From Marsupella aquatica (taxonomy: Eukaryota; Plantae; Marchantiophyta), in the NCBI GenBank assembly GCA_973895155.1, contig OZ316896.1, positions 18,898,754-18,962,753 on the forward strand: a stretch of DNA of 64,000 nucleotides, read 5' to 3'. Position 1 is the stretch's first letter, and every line of letters starts with the position of its first letter. Made by a program: the position numbers and the translations under genes. Below the pieces are notes generated by a model. That model did no database searches and was not told the origin of the DNA. It saw nothing but the letters and a program-made list of their open reading frames with translations. Positions 25,096 through 38,486 of the stretch are shown here, piece by piece.

Positions 25096-27745
25096 TTGGT
25101 ATAAAACTCCACGAATCTTTCAAAAGCACTTGGAACCTATCTAAACCAAATTTGCGTTTCTTCCTAGCTGTCCTTCGCGGGGTCTTTTAGTCCTTCACGG
25201 CTTTTGCCACAGTTCGTTGAGGAATTGAAGTTTTGTCTCCGCGCGTGAGTGAACAGAATGACCGAATTGATGCAAATGAACTAATGAAGACTCTCGTTTC
25301 GGATTTTGTGCATAATTATGTATACGACACACGACACGACTTACTACTGGGTCAGCGAAAGCGTGCGCACCATGTGGGACCCGAAAGACAGCGAAACGCA
25401 TATTAAGGCGGCTCCAACCAATCGTTCCTCACAGGCATGTTCATTCAAATGGACCCGATGGCGAAGACAAGTGCGACTCATTTTGTAGAAGTTCATTACG
25501 GGCAGCTTCATTCAAGTGGACCCGAAGGCGAAGACAAGACAGTGCGAATCGCTTGGAAGACCTGTTCTCTGTACACAGACTGTAGCGGCCGAACTGTTAA
25601 CACTCGTGCGATAGTGACGGAAGTTCTTGTGCCAGGATTGGCTATACCTCACGGGGAGATAACTCTGGCGTTCGACTGGACTAACACTTTCGGATTGTAG
25701 TCTACAGTACAGGGATTTGTAGTCATTGTTGGTCCTTCGATCCGATGCCTGCGAGGAGCATAATTTCAACTCCGTATTTGTTTGGAGCTCGCTACTTTCA
25801 TGGAATTGGGCCGTAGCTTGCCACTGGCCACTTTTTGGAGTATCTGTTGAAGCGAATCTGACGGCTCACAATAATCGCTGTCTTGGATCTGGTGCTCGCC
25901 GTTTGACACGCTACTGTAGTAGTTGCTGGACAAAACGGGTGCTTAAAAATGAATTTTCGCACTTCTTGCAAAGCAAAAGTTTGAAGCTTCGTTCGAAAAG
26001 GTATTTGGGTGTTAGGTACTAGTTAATTAAGTGCTTTTTCGTTTCAAGGCTGTTTCCTACTGTAGGATTTCAAATTTCTCAATGCCTCCAAAAGTTGCAC
26101 AATTACATAGTCCATTGCTAGTGCGACTTCACCAGGTTATTGACAGAGGAGATAGCAGGGCTTAAATTACATGCCCGGATAGCAGGGTTTCAAATTTCAT
26201 GCACATGCTTATAAATCTCCCTAAATTGAAGCAGCAAGTCCACTTTAACTAGTTCATGAGATGAAGAAATTCATTCTCTTTGACCTCAAATACGAATGCT
26301 TTCTGAATCCAAGTGTACTCCCGAGTGTACTCTAATTTGCACCAAGTTGCATACGATCAATGAACTAAACAGCAAAATAATGTCTTGTCAGATCTAAAAG
26401 GGGGGAGTCCAATTCCGAAAGAAAACCTTAGGGCTCTTACAGATATGACAAGATAATGTGTTCTCAAAAGACAGTAAGCTAAGCTCAAGACTGACATGTC
26501 TGGGAATTAAGAGACGACTAGTGCAGAGTTTGAACGCATGAAATCTTCAAATTTTTAAGTTGGTAGATGAATGCAAGACTCAAACGACCCATCTGTCCGG
26601 ATTTAAGAGTCAATCGGCTCCTAAAGGAGTGGCCGATGACTTCATGCTATCCCTGGGGTGGGCACAACAAACCCCTTGTCCACCCCGGTTGAATACTCGT
26701 TTCATCAGACCAAGGCTCTTCAATTAAAACAAATTGTCATTCCTACCGTGTGTTTTGATAGGATGATGGAAGCGAACTATCCAGCAGAGAAATTTCATAT
26801 TCAAAGGCTCGGTACGTTGCCTACTCCAAACCCTAAACCCAAGAACCTCCACGGACAGGTTTCATACATTCAGTAGAGCTAGAGAAATCGATATTTTGGT
26901 CGGGTGATCTCACAAATATAGCCAGAACTGTCTAAAGAAGAGAAGACAATTAAGTTGCCTGACCTATTAGCTCGACCTTAAGCAAGCAAGAAATGTTGTT
27001 TTGCTTCTTGAGTTACCGGGAACAAACAAATTGTGGGAGTGGGGTTCGGAGTACGAGCAGGGAAAATTATTCCGATGGTACAACTACATTTCTGGATTGT
27101 TCATTGCGAACATGAACAGCAGGGATTCAATTGCTTTACATGTTACTGCATTGTAATAGAAACACATTTTGGTCTCCACAATGGAATCTCACGGGCGAAA
27201 AATGTACGTTTCAGTACTCAGGACGAAATTTGGAATTTCGGAGACTTTATATCTTATAGTACAAATAACACTTTCAGGGCTCTGGGATGAGCCAAAGAAT
27301 GGTATCAAAGAATTGCGCTCCGCAAAAGAGCGTCACTGCCGAGACATGTATGAGTCCAAGGACGAGACCTTCAACCTTGAGTGGCAATTTCTAATGATTG
27401 CTACAGTATAACTGTAAATCGATGCGGAGACTTATTGATGTCAAAGCTCTCAGTACTGCGCTTCGCCGAGCACCAGATGATAATATCGAATGCCGTCCAA
27501 GGATTTTATCATTTGCTGGACATGTCTTATGCCAGTACGCTGAGCAATTCTCTCAATGTGATTTGATGCTGATGCAAGTGACATCATATGATTGAGTCCT
27601 TGACCAATTCAAAACCTTAGTTAAGGCGACTCGCTTGAACATAATCCATTGTGATTGTCCCCGTATAGAAAGCTTAGCTCTAGCTTTCCGGTAACTTAAG
27701 CTGTACTTCTGGTGACAAGAACACCATGTAGAGTGGAGCACCTTC

Positions 27746-27982
27746 TTACAACTGCTTCAAAACAAGAAGAGACAGCACGGAGAAAATCATCGGTGCTGCA
27801 ATTGAGGAGAGCAAGCTACCAGCGCTGCCAGTCTGTGCTGGCGCTGGTGATGGAGCTAAACTTTCCGAAAGAAGAGTCCTGCTCGCTGCTGACACCAGGC
27901 TTTGGCTCTCCATCATTACCAGCATTACCATCACTACCAACACCACGCTGCTCGTCATCACGGAAGTCATGCTCAAAGCCAT
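27746..27982 (-). CDS. AG peptide, subtype A
   Basis: Signal peptide, SRTLL, APSPAPA glycomodule, TGSAGS plus hydrophobic GPI signal; 78 aa. Confidence 0.88.
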   Translation of the reverse strand: MALSMTSVMTSSVVLVVMVMLVMMESQSLVSAASRTLLSESLAPSPAPAQTGSAGSLLSSIAAPMIFSVLSLLVLKQL

Positions 27983-30804
27983 TTCGATTCACAAGTCCAC
28001 AAAATTGGCAGATGAAGTAATCGGAACGTACCTATGATACGATTTCAGACCGATTCTGAGATTTACTGTGTCCTTTGGATTCTAGTTCTTGCTACACCTC
28101 AGAAATTGAGGTTCGATGACGAGGGTGAACGCGAAGATTGGGTTGATAGAACTGAGGCCCTCGTTTCGGGTTTTATTCATAAGATGAGTCGACTTGAACT
28201 GCGGTTGACACCATCTGGGTCAAAACGGAGAGACCGCCGTGTGGGGCCCGTGAGAAAAGCGAAACGCGTGCGAAGCTTTTTACCTTCCGAAAGTCATGTT
28301 CTTCCAGTGGTCCCGATTGCTGAGACGACTACCTCTCGTTGTGTCGAACTTACGCTTCGGGCCCTCTTAGGCATGACGACCGCCAAACTGGTGACAGTAG
28401 TTGACACCTACCTGAACGTGCCATTAGTACTTTTTGCTGGGACGGGCTGTCTCTTACTTGGGCTGGGAGAGGAATCTGGCTTTCTCCTGGACACCTGGAC
28501 GTACCTTCTCATTGTAACAGGACAGCAATGTACACAATCGATCTTTCTTTTGAGCTCGCAACTTTGATGTATTTGAGCAATTACAGATAAAACTTCGCGC
28601 ACGTTGGCAAACTTTCGAATAATAATTGAAGCTACCTTATGTTATTTCTGTCTTGGATGCTGCGGAGGACATTTGACCTGCAGCTTTAAAGAACAGTGCC
28701 TTGAATGCCACTTCTTCGAATGTAAATAGACATGACGACAAAACAGACCTTGCAAAAAAAAGGGATTCTCTACTATTCATCTTTATCAAATGATTTGCTC
28801 CCATTCAATCGTCCTGTTTTCTGACTGCACCGCAACTTTCAGGTGCCCCTACTTTCAGGTATGCCCCCAGTCACGGTCGAAGTGTTCACTCTAGACCCTG
28901 AAAGTAGCATTCCATTTGGACTAAATAGTTATAGATAACCTGAGTCAAAGGGTGCTGATGTTGACGGCCAATAGTAGAGTAGGTGCCTCATATCAAATTT
29001 CATTTGCTCTTGCACTCGGGTGTTCATTCTGGCTGTGCTTTTGTATTTGTATTTAATGAAAGCTGGCTTTGAAGGACTCCACGGGTAATGCCTATTGTAA
29101 ACTAAGATATACTTTTGAGGTGCAAACGTTTCACAAGTATACAGTGACGAATTAAGATGAGTTTGACTAAGAAAGATCAGGTGAAACTGATATCTCCACT
29201 TAAGTCACTTAAGTAGGATATCCTGATAAATGAAAGCAAGCAGTCAAGGCTATTAAGTAGTACATATGACGAACAAATTCATCCACTTTTCCGTCCACTT
29301 TGCCTCTAATGAAAAATGATTTTGAGATGCGAGCATGCACCAAGTTCCACACAACGCACGATCAACAAGCTGGCAACTCCGACATAAAACAAAAGCACGA
29401 AAGAGTGGAGTATGCTGACTATCTCGCTTTCCTTCTCAGTTGACGTCTGAGCTAATCCAATATTTTGATCGAGCTCATAAAGCAACCGGTGTTGAATTAT
29501 TGTTGAATTACAGTTTTGTAAATTAAATGATCCCTCTCGGTGAAAATCAGCTAGGAAATGCCGGCCTAATTCCGCCTTTTGATATGGAATCCTAACGGCC
29601 AACTGGGACGCGAGCGTACATAACAACTAAGTGTTACAATTCTCCTGAGAGATTATGGGGTATGTAGAGATTTCCCAATGAATTCATTCCCTGCATCGTA
29701 GATAATCAGACCAGGTCTTCGTTTGGCCCTTTTGGTAAATAAGCTTAGAGTGGACTTTAAGAAGGGCCCTCAAATGAATCTTAGTAACAAACGGAATTCT
29801 GTGGCAGGATTGGGACTTCTCGGATCTTGCAGTATTTTTGTAGCGACCCAGAATCTAATTATCAAGTTTGAAAGGCTCGGGTTGCAACACTTCTGACGCA
29901 CTAGACATTATGCCCCCGCTTGTTGAGCGTTCTGCGTTTGAGAAAGTACCTTCGTAACTACCTGAATTTAACGTCTGCGTGTATTTTTCGTAATAAATCG
30001 ACCCAGGCACGCACGAGGAAATGTTCGAAACCATCACCAGAACAGAGGAGAGAGTGCAATTATGATATTCTTAGTACGCTTATAGCTTAGTGACCATGTA
30101 AGGTTGAGACAAGACTAGCCAGCACATCTTTTTGCTTCCACTTAGAAAGAAACAAATGTCACTGGCGATGTCATACTTTCTGAGCTCTCTTTCAGAAGCA
30201 TTGTGCACTGACTCAAGAAGAATGGAGAATTCCTGTCAGTATATATTGTATAATATATTGTATATATAGAATCACAGTATATATTGTACAACGCACTGTA
30301 CAAAATTTTAGGATTTTAGGACTCTGATTAGAGCAAAGAATGGTTGGTATAAAAAATGGTACACAAAAAAATTGCCCATCTCCTTGAGTATGGGCGTATC
30401 TAGGTGTACTCCATACTCCTAGATCAAGGTGTATACTCCTTGCCTTGAGGCGCTTGTATTTCCATATCCTATTAGTGACTACAAAATTTCAAAAATCTTT
30501 TCTTTCTTCGTGAATTGCTCGGCAGAGCTCTATTGCGCTTATTCAACCGATTACTACAGAATATGCGGTGAAGAATCTATCCGATGAACCACGCAAAGTC
30601 TCCTTTCGGCTGAGCTTAGAGATGTCGAAGGACGCATTTATTTGATCAATTTCAAAACGTTTGGGCTGCATATTCGCTTGTAAACCCTCGTGCTATTCCT
30701 CCTATTGAAAGCTCAGAGCTGGCGTCTCAGTAACTTAGATTGACTGGTTTTACTCATAAGAATCCGATGTTGATGGAATTTCTCCAATTGTGGCGGAATG
30801 ATGC

Positions 30805-31041
30805 TTACAAACGCTTCAAAGCAAGGAGCGTCAGCGCAGCGAAAGCCATCTGTGCTGCAATTGAGGGTAGTAAGCTACCAGAGCTGCCAGTAGATGCAGG
30901 GCTGGGTGCAGGGGCCAAATGTTCCGAAAGGGGAGACCTGCTCGCTGCCGATACGAAGCCTTGACTCTCCACAATCACCACCAACACCATCACCACCAAC
31001 ACTACGGTGCTCCTCATCAAGGCACTCAAGCTCAAAGCCAT
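30805..31041 (-). CDS. AG peptide, subtype B (alternative ATG at 31047)
   Basis: MALSLS...ESQGFVSAASRSPLSEHLAPAPSPASTGS...LKRL; homologous to the other copies. Confidence 0.87.
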   Translation of the reverse strand: MALSLSALMRSTVVLVVMVLVVIVESQGFVSAASRSPLSEHLAPAPSPASTGSSGSLLPSIAAQMAFAALTLLALKRL

Positions 31042-32361
31042 TGCCATATGCTCTTCCACGAAGTCCCGCAAATTAAATACGAATTCGAATTGGAAACTTA
31101 ATATATTCCTCCTTCTGATCGATTCCAAGACTTTTCCTGACCTTTGAGCGGCAAATCGTTCTTAGTAATCAAGACCTGTTGGAAATTATTTTGTCGTAAT
31201 TGAACGAGCAGACAGGAATGATTGATAGAAAATGAAGGCCTCATGTCGGGTTTTATATGTGGAGCGCACACAAACGACCATCATTCTGGAGGGTGAGACA
31301 CAATGAGCGTGTCGTGCGGGGCCGCATGGACAGCTGAATGCTTGCGAGGTCTGATTGTCGAAGGCATGTTCGATGAATGGGGTCCGCCAGCCAGGAATGT
31401 TTTACTTGAACTGTTCGCGTGCCCATCGCAAATTGGTGGAAGTCTTGGAAGTCTTCCTGTAGTCGGGTGATCACACAGATACAGCCGCGATTGTTATCAA
31501 AAGAAGACGAGACAAAAAGTTCGCCTGACCTATTAGCAAGCAAGAAATGTTGTTTTGCTTTTTGAGTTACGGGAAATGAACAAATGCTGAGAGTATGACA
31601 AGGAAGAATTGTTTCGATGGTGCAACTTCATTTCTAGGTTGTTCCATTCCAAACTTGAAGAACAGGGATCAATTATAATTCAATTCGATTGACATTTTAC
31701 TTCAAGGTAATAGAAACACCTTTCGGGGATCTCACGGGCTCGGGACCAACTTGAAACCTTGAGATAGCATTTGCTCATGATGAAACGAAAATTTGAAATC
31801 GTGTCGTCGGCGACTTTATATCTTAGTTTATAGCACAACAAACACTTTTAGGGCTCTGGGATGAGCCAAAGAATGGATCAAAGAATTGCGCTCTGCAAAA
31901 GAGCGTCACTGCCGAGACTGATTGTAAGGACCAAACCTTCAACCTCGAGTGGCAGTTCCTAAATTACGTCTAATGAATAATGGTAAATCGATGCGGAGAC
32001 TGTCATTGATGCCAAAGCTCTCACTACTGCGATTCGCCGAGCACCGGGTCAAAACTATCGAATCGAATGCCGTTATAAAAATCCATCATTTGCTGGACAT
32101 CTCTATCATGTCAATACGCCGAGCAGTACTCTCAATGTGATTTGATGCTGATACAAGTTGACATCATATGATTCAGTACTTGACCAATTCGAAACCTTGG
32201 GGCGACTTACTCGCTTGTACATAATCCATTAATTTTGATGGTCCCCGTCGGTGTTGAAGATTAGCTCTAGCTTCCCCGTGACTACAGCCGAACTTCTGGT
32301 GATAAGGTGTTCTGTATCGTGCTCGACATCGAACACCAATCATGTGGAACGGAGCACCTTC

Positions 32362-32598
32362 TTACAGCTGCTTCAAAACAAGAAGAGACAGCACGGAAAA
32401 AATCATGGGTGCTGCGATTGAGGGTAGCAAGCTACCAGCGCTGCCAGTCTGTGCAGGCGCTGGTGATGGAGCTAAACTTTCCGAAAGTAGAGTCCTGCTC
32501 GCTGCTGACCCTAGACTTTGGCTCTCCATCATCACCAGCATTACCATCACCACCAACGCTACGCTGCTCCTCATCACGGAAGTCATGCTCAAAGCCAT
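32362..32598 (-). CDS. AG peptide, subtype A
   Basis: 78 aa, near-identical to the 27746 copy. Confidence 0.88.
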   Translation of the reverse strand: MALSMTSVMRSSVALVVMVMLVMMESQSLGSAASRTLLSESLAPSPAPAQTGSAGSLLPSIAAPMIFSVLSLLVLKQL

Positions 32599-33231
32599 TT
32601 CGATTCAGAAGTACACAAAATCCGCAAAAACATTAGGAACCTGTGATACGATTTCACACAAATTCTGACACAGATTCTTTCACTTCGCTGAATTGCTGCT
32701 TCCTGCTAGAAGTGAAGAATTGAAGCTTGATAAATAGAGCGAACGAGACAATTGGATTGATCCAATAGAGGCCCTCGTTTGGGGTTTTATGCATAAGATG
32801 CGTACGACTTGAACGGCACTTGACACTACCTGGCTCAAAAAAGAGAGCACGCCGTGTGGGTCCCCGAAGCACAACGAAACGCGTTCGAGCTGATACTCCT
32901 TACTCAAAAGTGGATCCGATTGATTGGTAAGACAGGTACTACTCGTTCTGTCGAACCTTCTCTTCCTGTCATCATTCTATTGTATGTCGGCTGCCAAACT
33001 GTTGACAGAAGGTTTTTTCTGCATTTAAACATCCAATTGAAATCTATTCAAATAGACAAAATACTGTAGTTGACATCAATCGATCGTGCCTGTAGTACTT
33101 TGCGCTTAGACCAGTTGTCCCTTGCTGAGATGGGAAAGAATTCCAGAATTCCGGCTTTATGCGACAGACCTGGACTTTTTTATTTTAAAAACTACTACAC
33201 CAAACCTTGCGCCACTTTGGCAAACTTTTCT

Positions 33232-33851
33232 AGCCTTGAAAGAACCACTGTGTGAGGGTGGGACGGGTTTTGTGGGTAGTGGAGGGGAGTTATGATTATC
33301 TTCTTGGCCATTGGAGGTTGTCCAAATTGAGTTCCTGATCAAATCTTCTCTCCCTCCTGGTGCGGGTCTCTCCCTCCTGGTGCGGGTCTGTCGCAAGTGA
33401 GTTCCCTACAATGAATGTATGTCAGTATTTGGGAGACTATATTTCTGATCTATAAACCAAATGATTTGAATTACATGTGTCTTGGTTTATGTTCTGGTTG
33501 TATGGTTGACATAGATTTAACACGCGGTCTAAGAGTCCTTCCTAATTTTGGATCAAGACTTAGAAAGAAACCAGTTAAATTTCATTCAAAAGGCCAGCAT
33601 ACAAGGGGGGTCAGCAAAGGTGATGGAGCCCAAAACATGGGGAGGCCGGCACCAGGAGAGAAGTAGGTCTAAAAGAAAGGAAGCTGAACCAGAAATTTAA
33701 CTAATGCAGCAGGAGCGGCAGAACTCTGAAAGACAGGCCAGTGAAGAGGGAAGGCCAGTGAAGAGGGACCAGCGGGGTGGGTCTCTGATAGTATGCAATA
33801 CTATCTTTAAGTCTAGACTGCAGTGTAACTTGAACCCCTGAAACTAAAGAG
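33232..33851. mobile_element. 620-bp insertion flanked by a 19-bp direct repeat
   Basis: cactttggcaaacttttct at 33213-33231 and 33852-33870; the paralogous promoter near 28600 has a single related copy. Confidence 0.5.
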
Positions 33852-34646
33852 CACTTTGGCAAACTTTTCTGACAAATATTGTAAGTATCATAACTATTAC
33901 TATGTCCATCATGGATCTAATACTGAAGGCTCTCAATGGGCCCTGCTTGTAAACCAAAAACTGTCCAAAAGGGTGCCTCGGCTGTTGCTAAAAGGGTGCC
34001 TAGAGCAAAAGCAACTTGACCACATAGACTAATGATGTGGGTGTTGACCATCCAAACGAGAGTGAAAATAAGTAAAGGTCTCTGGTAGGAACTGCAAGCA
34101 AAACAGTAAAATGTGCAATAGCAAAAAGAGTGTGACTCAAAGGACCTCCCTCATATGTACACTGCCAAATTATTATTATATATATATAATTCTTGTAGAG
34201 GTGTGATGACTACATAAAAAGAGAGTGTCACCTAAACATGTATAACACCTATGAATGGGTTGGATGTCTAAATCTGTGAAATGTGATTCCTTGTGAGAAT
34301 TTGTTGAACCCATTGAGACATCCATCTAAAGTACAATCAAATTACGGTGTGTATTGAGGGTTGGTCTAATACCCACAATGACTCTCCCTAAACTCCTATT
34401 TCAAAGTAATGTGGAGAAAGATGGAAGCTCATAAAGATACTATGACGAGGGTGTTTGAAACATATTAAGATGTAGAAAAGTTTCTCCAATAGAAGTCTTA
34501 GCCATGACTAGTAAGCAAGATGTACCCAAAACTGAGGTATTTGAGTTGACAAATGCCATGCTGGAATGTAATGGCAAAAGGAAATGGAAGTGTTAACCTA
34601 ATTGAGGGCAAAAGGAGATAGAAGTGTTAACCTCGTCTCCAGCAAT

Positions 34647-34802
34647 AGGGCATCTCAAACCTTGGAGTTGCAGGGAAAAAACGATGCCCGGACCTATCAG
34701 TTTCGATCACGGTTCAGCAATGTGTGGACACGGATTTTTGTGTCCGCCACTTTTTTCCCAGGAATCGGTCACTGTCAAGCAATGCCATGTTTGAGACACC
34801 CT
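34647..34802. mobile_element. Tourist-like MITE (PIF/Harbinger)
   Basis: TIRs agggcatctcaaac / gtttgagacaccct (12/14), perfect 3-bp AAT duplication on both sides, 156 bp. Confidence 0.65.
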
Positions 34803-35540
34803 AATGGTAACCTCCCGGGAACACCTCATACTGCCCTATACTTGAGACCCCCTAATATGTAAACAGAATGTGTAGAAGTTGAGTATCCTGACCGTTACGC
34901 TTCCCCTTTCAGTTGAGATCTGAGAGCCGTATTCCATCAGCCCTCGATGGTTGGCATCCACGATCACCCTCAAACCTCCGCCCTTCTTGGAAACAATCAC
35001 AGCCGTTCACGACTTCAGGGTGGCCCCCAAGTTCAACTTCGGGGTGGAAGGCTCATCGGGCCTTCCACTCTGCTTTGACGGCCCTCGTGATGACTGGTTC
35101 CGACGGTGAACGGGTGTTCTGACCGTCAATAGCCGTTTTGCAGTCGGTTGCAGTCGGTCATATCGATGACGACATTCGGGGTCATGACGGGTTTTCCTGA
35201 TGGAGCAGGCTGACATTACATGGCGCTAGCGCCCCTTTTTGCTGATCAATCTCTCAAACATGGAGAATACGTCTTGGAATTCCTGCCCGTTTGCGCATCA
35301 TCTTCGTCGCTGCGCTCAACTTGGATGCAAGGAAAAGTTTACCAAATTCACTAGCCCTCGGTGAGCTTCACTTTGTATTGGAAATTTTGTGAATTGCTTG
35401 TTTTCATTGGGAACCGATTCTTGTGCTAACCGTTGGGAATTGATGTCATTCGTCTTCTTTTCAGAGAAACTTGTGAGCATTCAACTCTGCGATCACACTC
35501 CTCCCCGAGCTCATCTGTCAAATCAAGCTTCTCAGGTATA

Positions 35541-36566
35541 ATGGCGACTCAATCTGCTAGTGGAAGTGTTCAATCTGGCTCAAATCAATCTCGAGAAGTT
35601 GGTGGAGCTGTGGCAAATGGGCCTCGTCCTTCTGCACCTGCTTCAGATCAACCCCCCACTAGGCAATGGAGACTACATGAGCTGCTTCTATTGATTGCAG
35701 CGAAGCGGATGGAACATGAGACTTCCTTGAATCACACATCGAGAGAGTGAATCAAGACTGCGGATCAAAAGTGGAGAGAAATTTTGGCAATCCTTGCAAG
35801 AGATAGTGTGACACGACAATCAATGCAGACCAAGAAACGTTGGGAGAAATTGGTAACAGACTTCAAGAAAGTGTATGATTATCAAAATCATGTAGGGAGT
35901 GGCCAATCTGACTACTATGAAATGGGCAGCGATGAAAGGAAGAACAGGAAAATTCCCGTGAATTTCACTCACGAATTATTTGATGCCATGGAGTGCTAGA
36001 TGGGCACTCATCGAGCGATCAATCCATCTCCAAACCAGGTGGTGGACAGTGGAGATGTCGAGGAAGAGCTCATGCAGGAGGCTGGGCAAACTGATATCGG
36101 GCATACTCAACATGCTATAAATACAAATTACAGAGAGGAAAATAATGTGGAGGTAAATTCTCCACTTCCTATTCCCGCTCCTGCAATGGAAACTTCAGCA
36201 GCAGGATTGCAGCAAGGAACGCCTCCATCAGGGGCAACAGGACTACACCAAAGATCGCCCCCATCAGGAACGCAATATACTGGGGTCAAGAAAAGTCGTC
36301 GAGATAAACTTGACGAGCAGTTCAAGAAGACTACAAGTTCCTTTTTGGATTTCCTTGGGAAAGACTCAGCGAGGAAGATTCTTGAGGATGAAACTAGTTG
36401 CACCTGGGACAAGGAAAAGCATGAAAGTCTTGTAGATCTTGACAAGAAAAAGCACGAAGAAATGATACGTCAACAGTCACAGATGGCTGTCGCTATGTCA
36501 AATGCCATCACAGGGATCTCCGACCCAATTCGATTCTTTGCCACAGAAGTAGCACGTAAGAAGTAG
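35541..36566 (+). pseudogene. Harbinger Myb/SANT (trihelix-like) DNA-binding protein with two in-frame stops
   Basis: Three ORF pieces in one frame: W..HE...LI.AK...KW.EI...R...Q.KKRWEKL..DFKKV.DY...YYEM...ERK...P.NF. Stops TGA 35748-35750 and TAG 35997-35999. Confidence 0.82.
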
Positions 36567-38486
36567 AATTGTATCTTGAAAACGGCTAGAACGCAAGCTA
36601 GTACATTGGATCAATTGTCTGTCGTCATTGCCCGTAGAACATTCCGCAACCGATCTGTTTTGTGAAATTCCTGCTTCAGTTGGTACTGTGCTAGCTTTTC
36701 CTCTCACATTTTTCCAACACCCTCTACATTTTGGGAATGCGACTGTTGCTCTTCGTCGTCATCGCGGCAACAACGGCTTTAGGACAGACTTGTGGTTTGA
36801 AGAAGCAAAACTACGGCACTGTTGTTATCGAGATGAAGACATACAGTAGGGCGAAGTTTTAAAGTAGGAAGGCGGTCAGCTGGAGTAATTCTCTGTTGCA
36901 AAAGAGAATGAAGTTTGGTTTGATTTGTAGATATCACTTTGAATGTGTCTCTCGCAGGGTGCTGTTTTATATCATTCGAACATTTATTGTCGCACAATTC
37001 TGTTCTTATGTGTATATACATGTAATTCCATCTATATCAATAAAAAAGGCTGCTCCCAATCACGAGCACTGTTGGCATCCTTCGTACTGTGGGCCCTGGT
37101 TAAATATGATTCCCGAGAGTATGTTGAACATTTGTGTATTTTCTATGTTGGAATGGTGATTGTCAACCCATTGTTAACATATTTCAACACAAACATAGCG
37201 ACAAGTATGTTTGTCATGTCGATCAATTAAGCTTAGAAAACTTGACAACCATAGCTCAGACAATTGGATAGGTTTACGAGTGGAAACGCAGCGGCTAGAA
37301 CGCAAGCTAGTACATTGGGTTGAATGTCTATGGTCATTGTCCGCAGAACATTCCTGCAGAGTTTAGCTGTAAACACTTGCCAAACAAAGATGAGCCAATT
37401 GTTCTTCAAGACGCCCAGGGACTCAAATGGGACACTAAGTATTTGGCCAGGAAGAATTCTCTGAGCGAGGGACGGAGTTAGTTTGCCATGGACCACCGTT
37501 TAGAGCCAGGCGATGCCCTTGTTTTTGAGTTAGTCAAGCCTCTGGGATCCACTTTGAATGCATTTTTTGCTTCAATTTGGAGACATTGGGAGTATTGGAT
37601 TAGCTGAGGATTTGGATCTCGGACAATTCTCGGTGTTTGTTTGATTGGACTTTCAAATTGGTTCGGTCGATGCAAGAATAGTGCTCTGAATCTGCAATTG
37701 ACAGGGCAGAGGAGTTCCTTGGCCGCCTACAAAGATTTCTTTGTTCCGAGCGCTTTGTGGATCTCGGGATTTCACAACTCAAAGTCATAGCAGGAGGAGT
37801 TGCTCATCAAGGTTGATGGATTGACATTGGATGCAAATTTAATTCAAGCTTTGACGAACGATCAGGAGGTGACCAGTACGTTTTTGGGAGCGCTTGTTGG
37901 CAGTGGACGCAAAACACATTATCTTTGCTCTCTTTGTCGCCGTGACAGTTGTGTTGAGCATGAGCCATCACGTTTTGGCTAGGCGTCTCCTTAAAGGTAC
38001 GCTGAGAAATAGTAGGAGTTCAACACATTGCAGTGTGTGAAGTACTTTGTTACCAGGGCATTATGGGCAGTAATGGTGAAGCCCTAGTTTTTGGAGCATT
38101 ACAGCCCACAATGTCCTGGAAACACGGGATCAGTATATACAAAGGACAAGTGTGCATATATATTCTTCTACCAAAAGAGTAACTTTTTACTTATGCTCAG
38201 AAAGAAGCTTCATCAAAGAACAATGCCAACCGGAGCACAAGGTTTGGACTTCTCATCTCTGTAGCGTACAACAGCTGCTCGATTATGATTGTGTAACTCT
38301 GTTGGACAAACATATCAACTTAGGATTCTTGTTCATGTTCTTGGCCCACACAATAATGCATCGTATAGACGATTAGACAGGCAACTAGATTTGTCACTAT
38401 AGCCAACCGTCGGCCAGCTCACAAAACAAATACTGTACATGTACATGGACTGTGGTTTGCGATGGCGTGTTACTGTTGGCGGCCAG

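Noticed and set aside
27300-27310. tRNA-Met primer-binding-site-like TGGTATCAAAG
   Set aside because: No LTR end upstream or gag downstream; part of the duplicated 3' flank
27712-28567. Recurrent antisense ORFs over AG-peptide genes and the 177-aa ORF at 28034
   Set aside because: Shadow frames of the duplicated genes and promoters; length not conserved between paralogs
33246-33825. CACTG...CAGTG as CACTA-type termini
   Set aside because: No 3-bp TSD (aac vs taa) and no extended TIR
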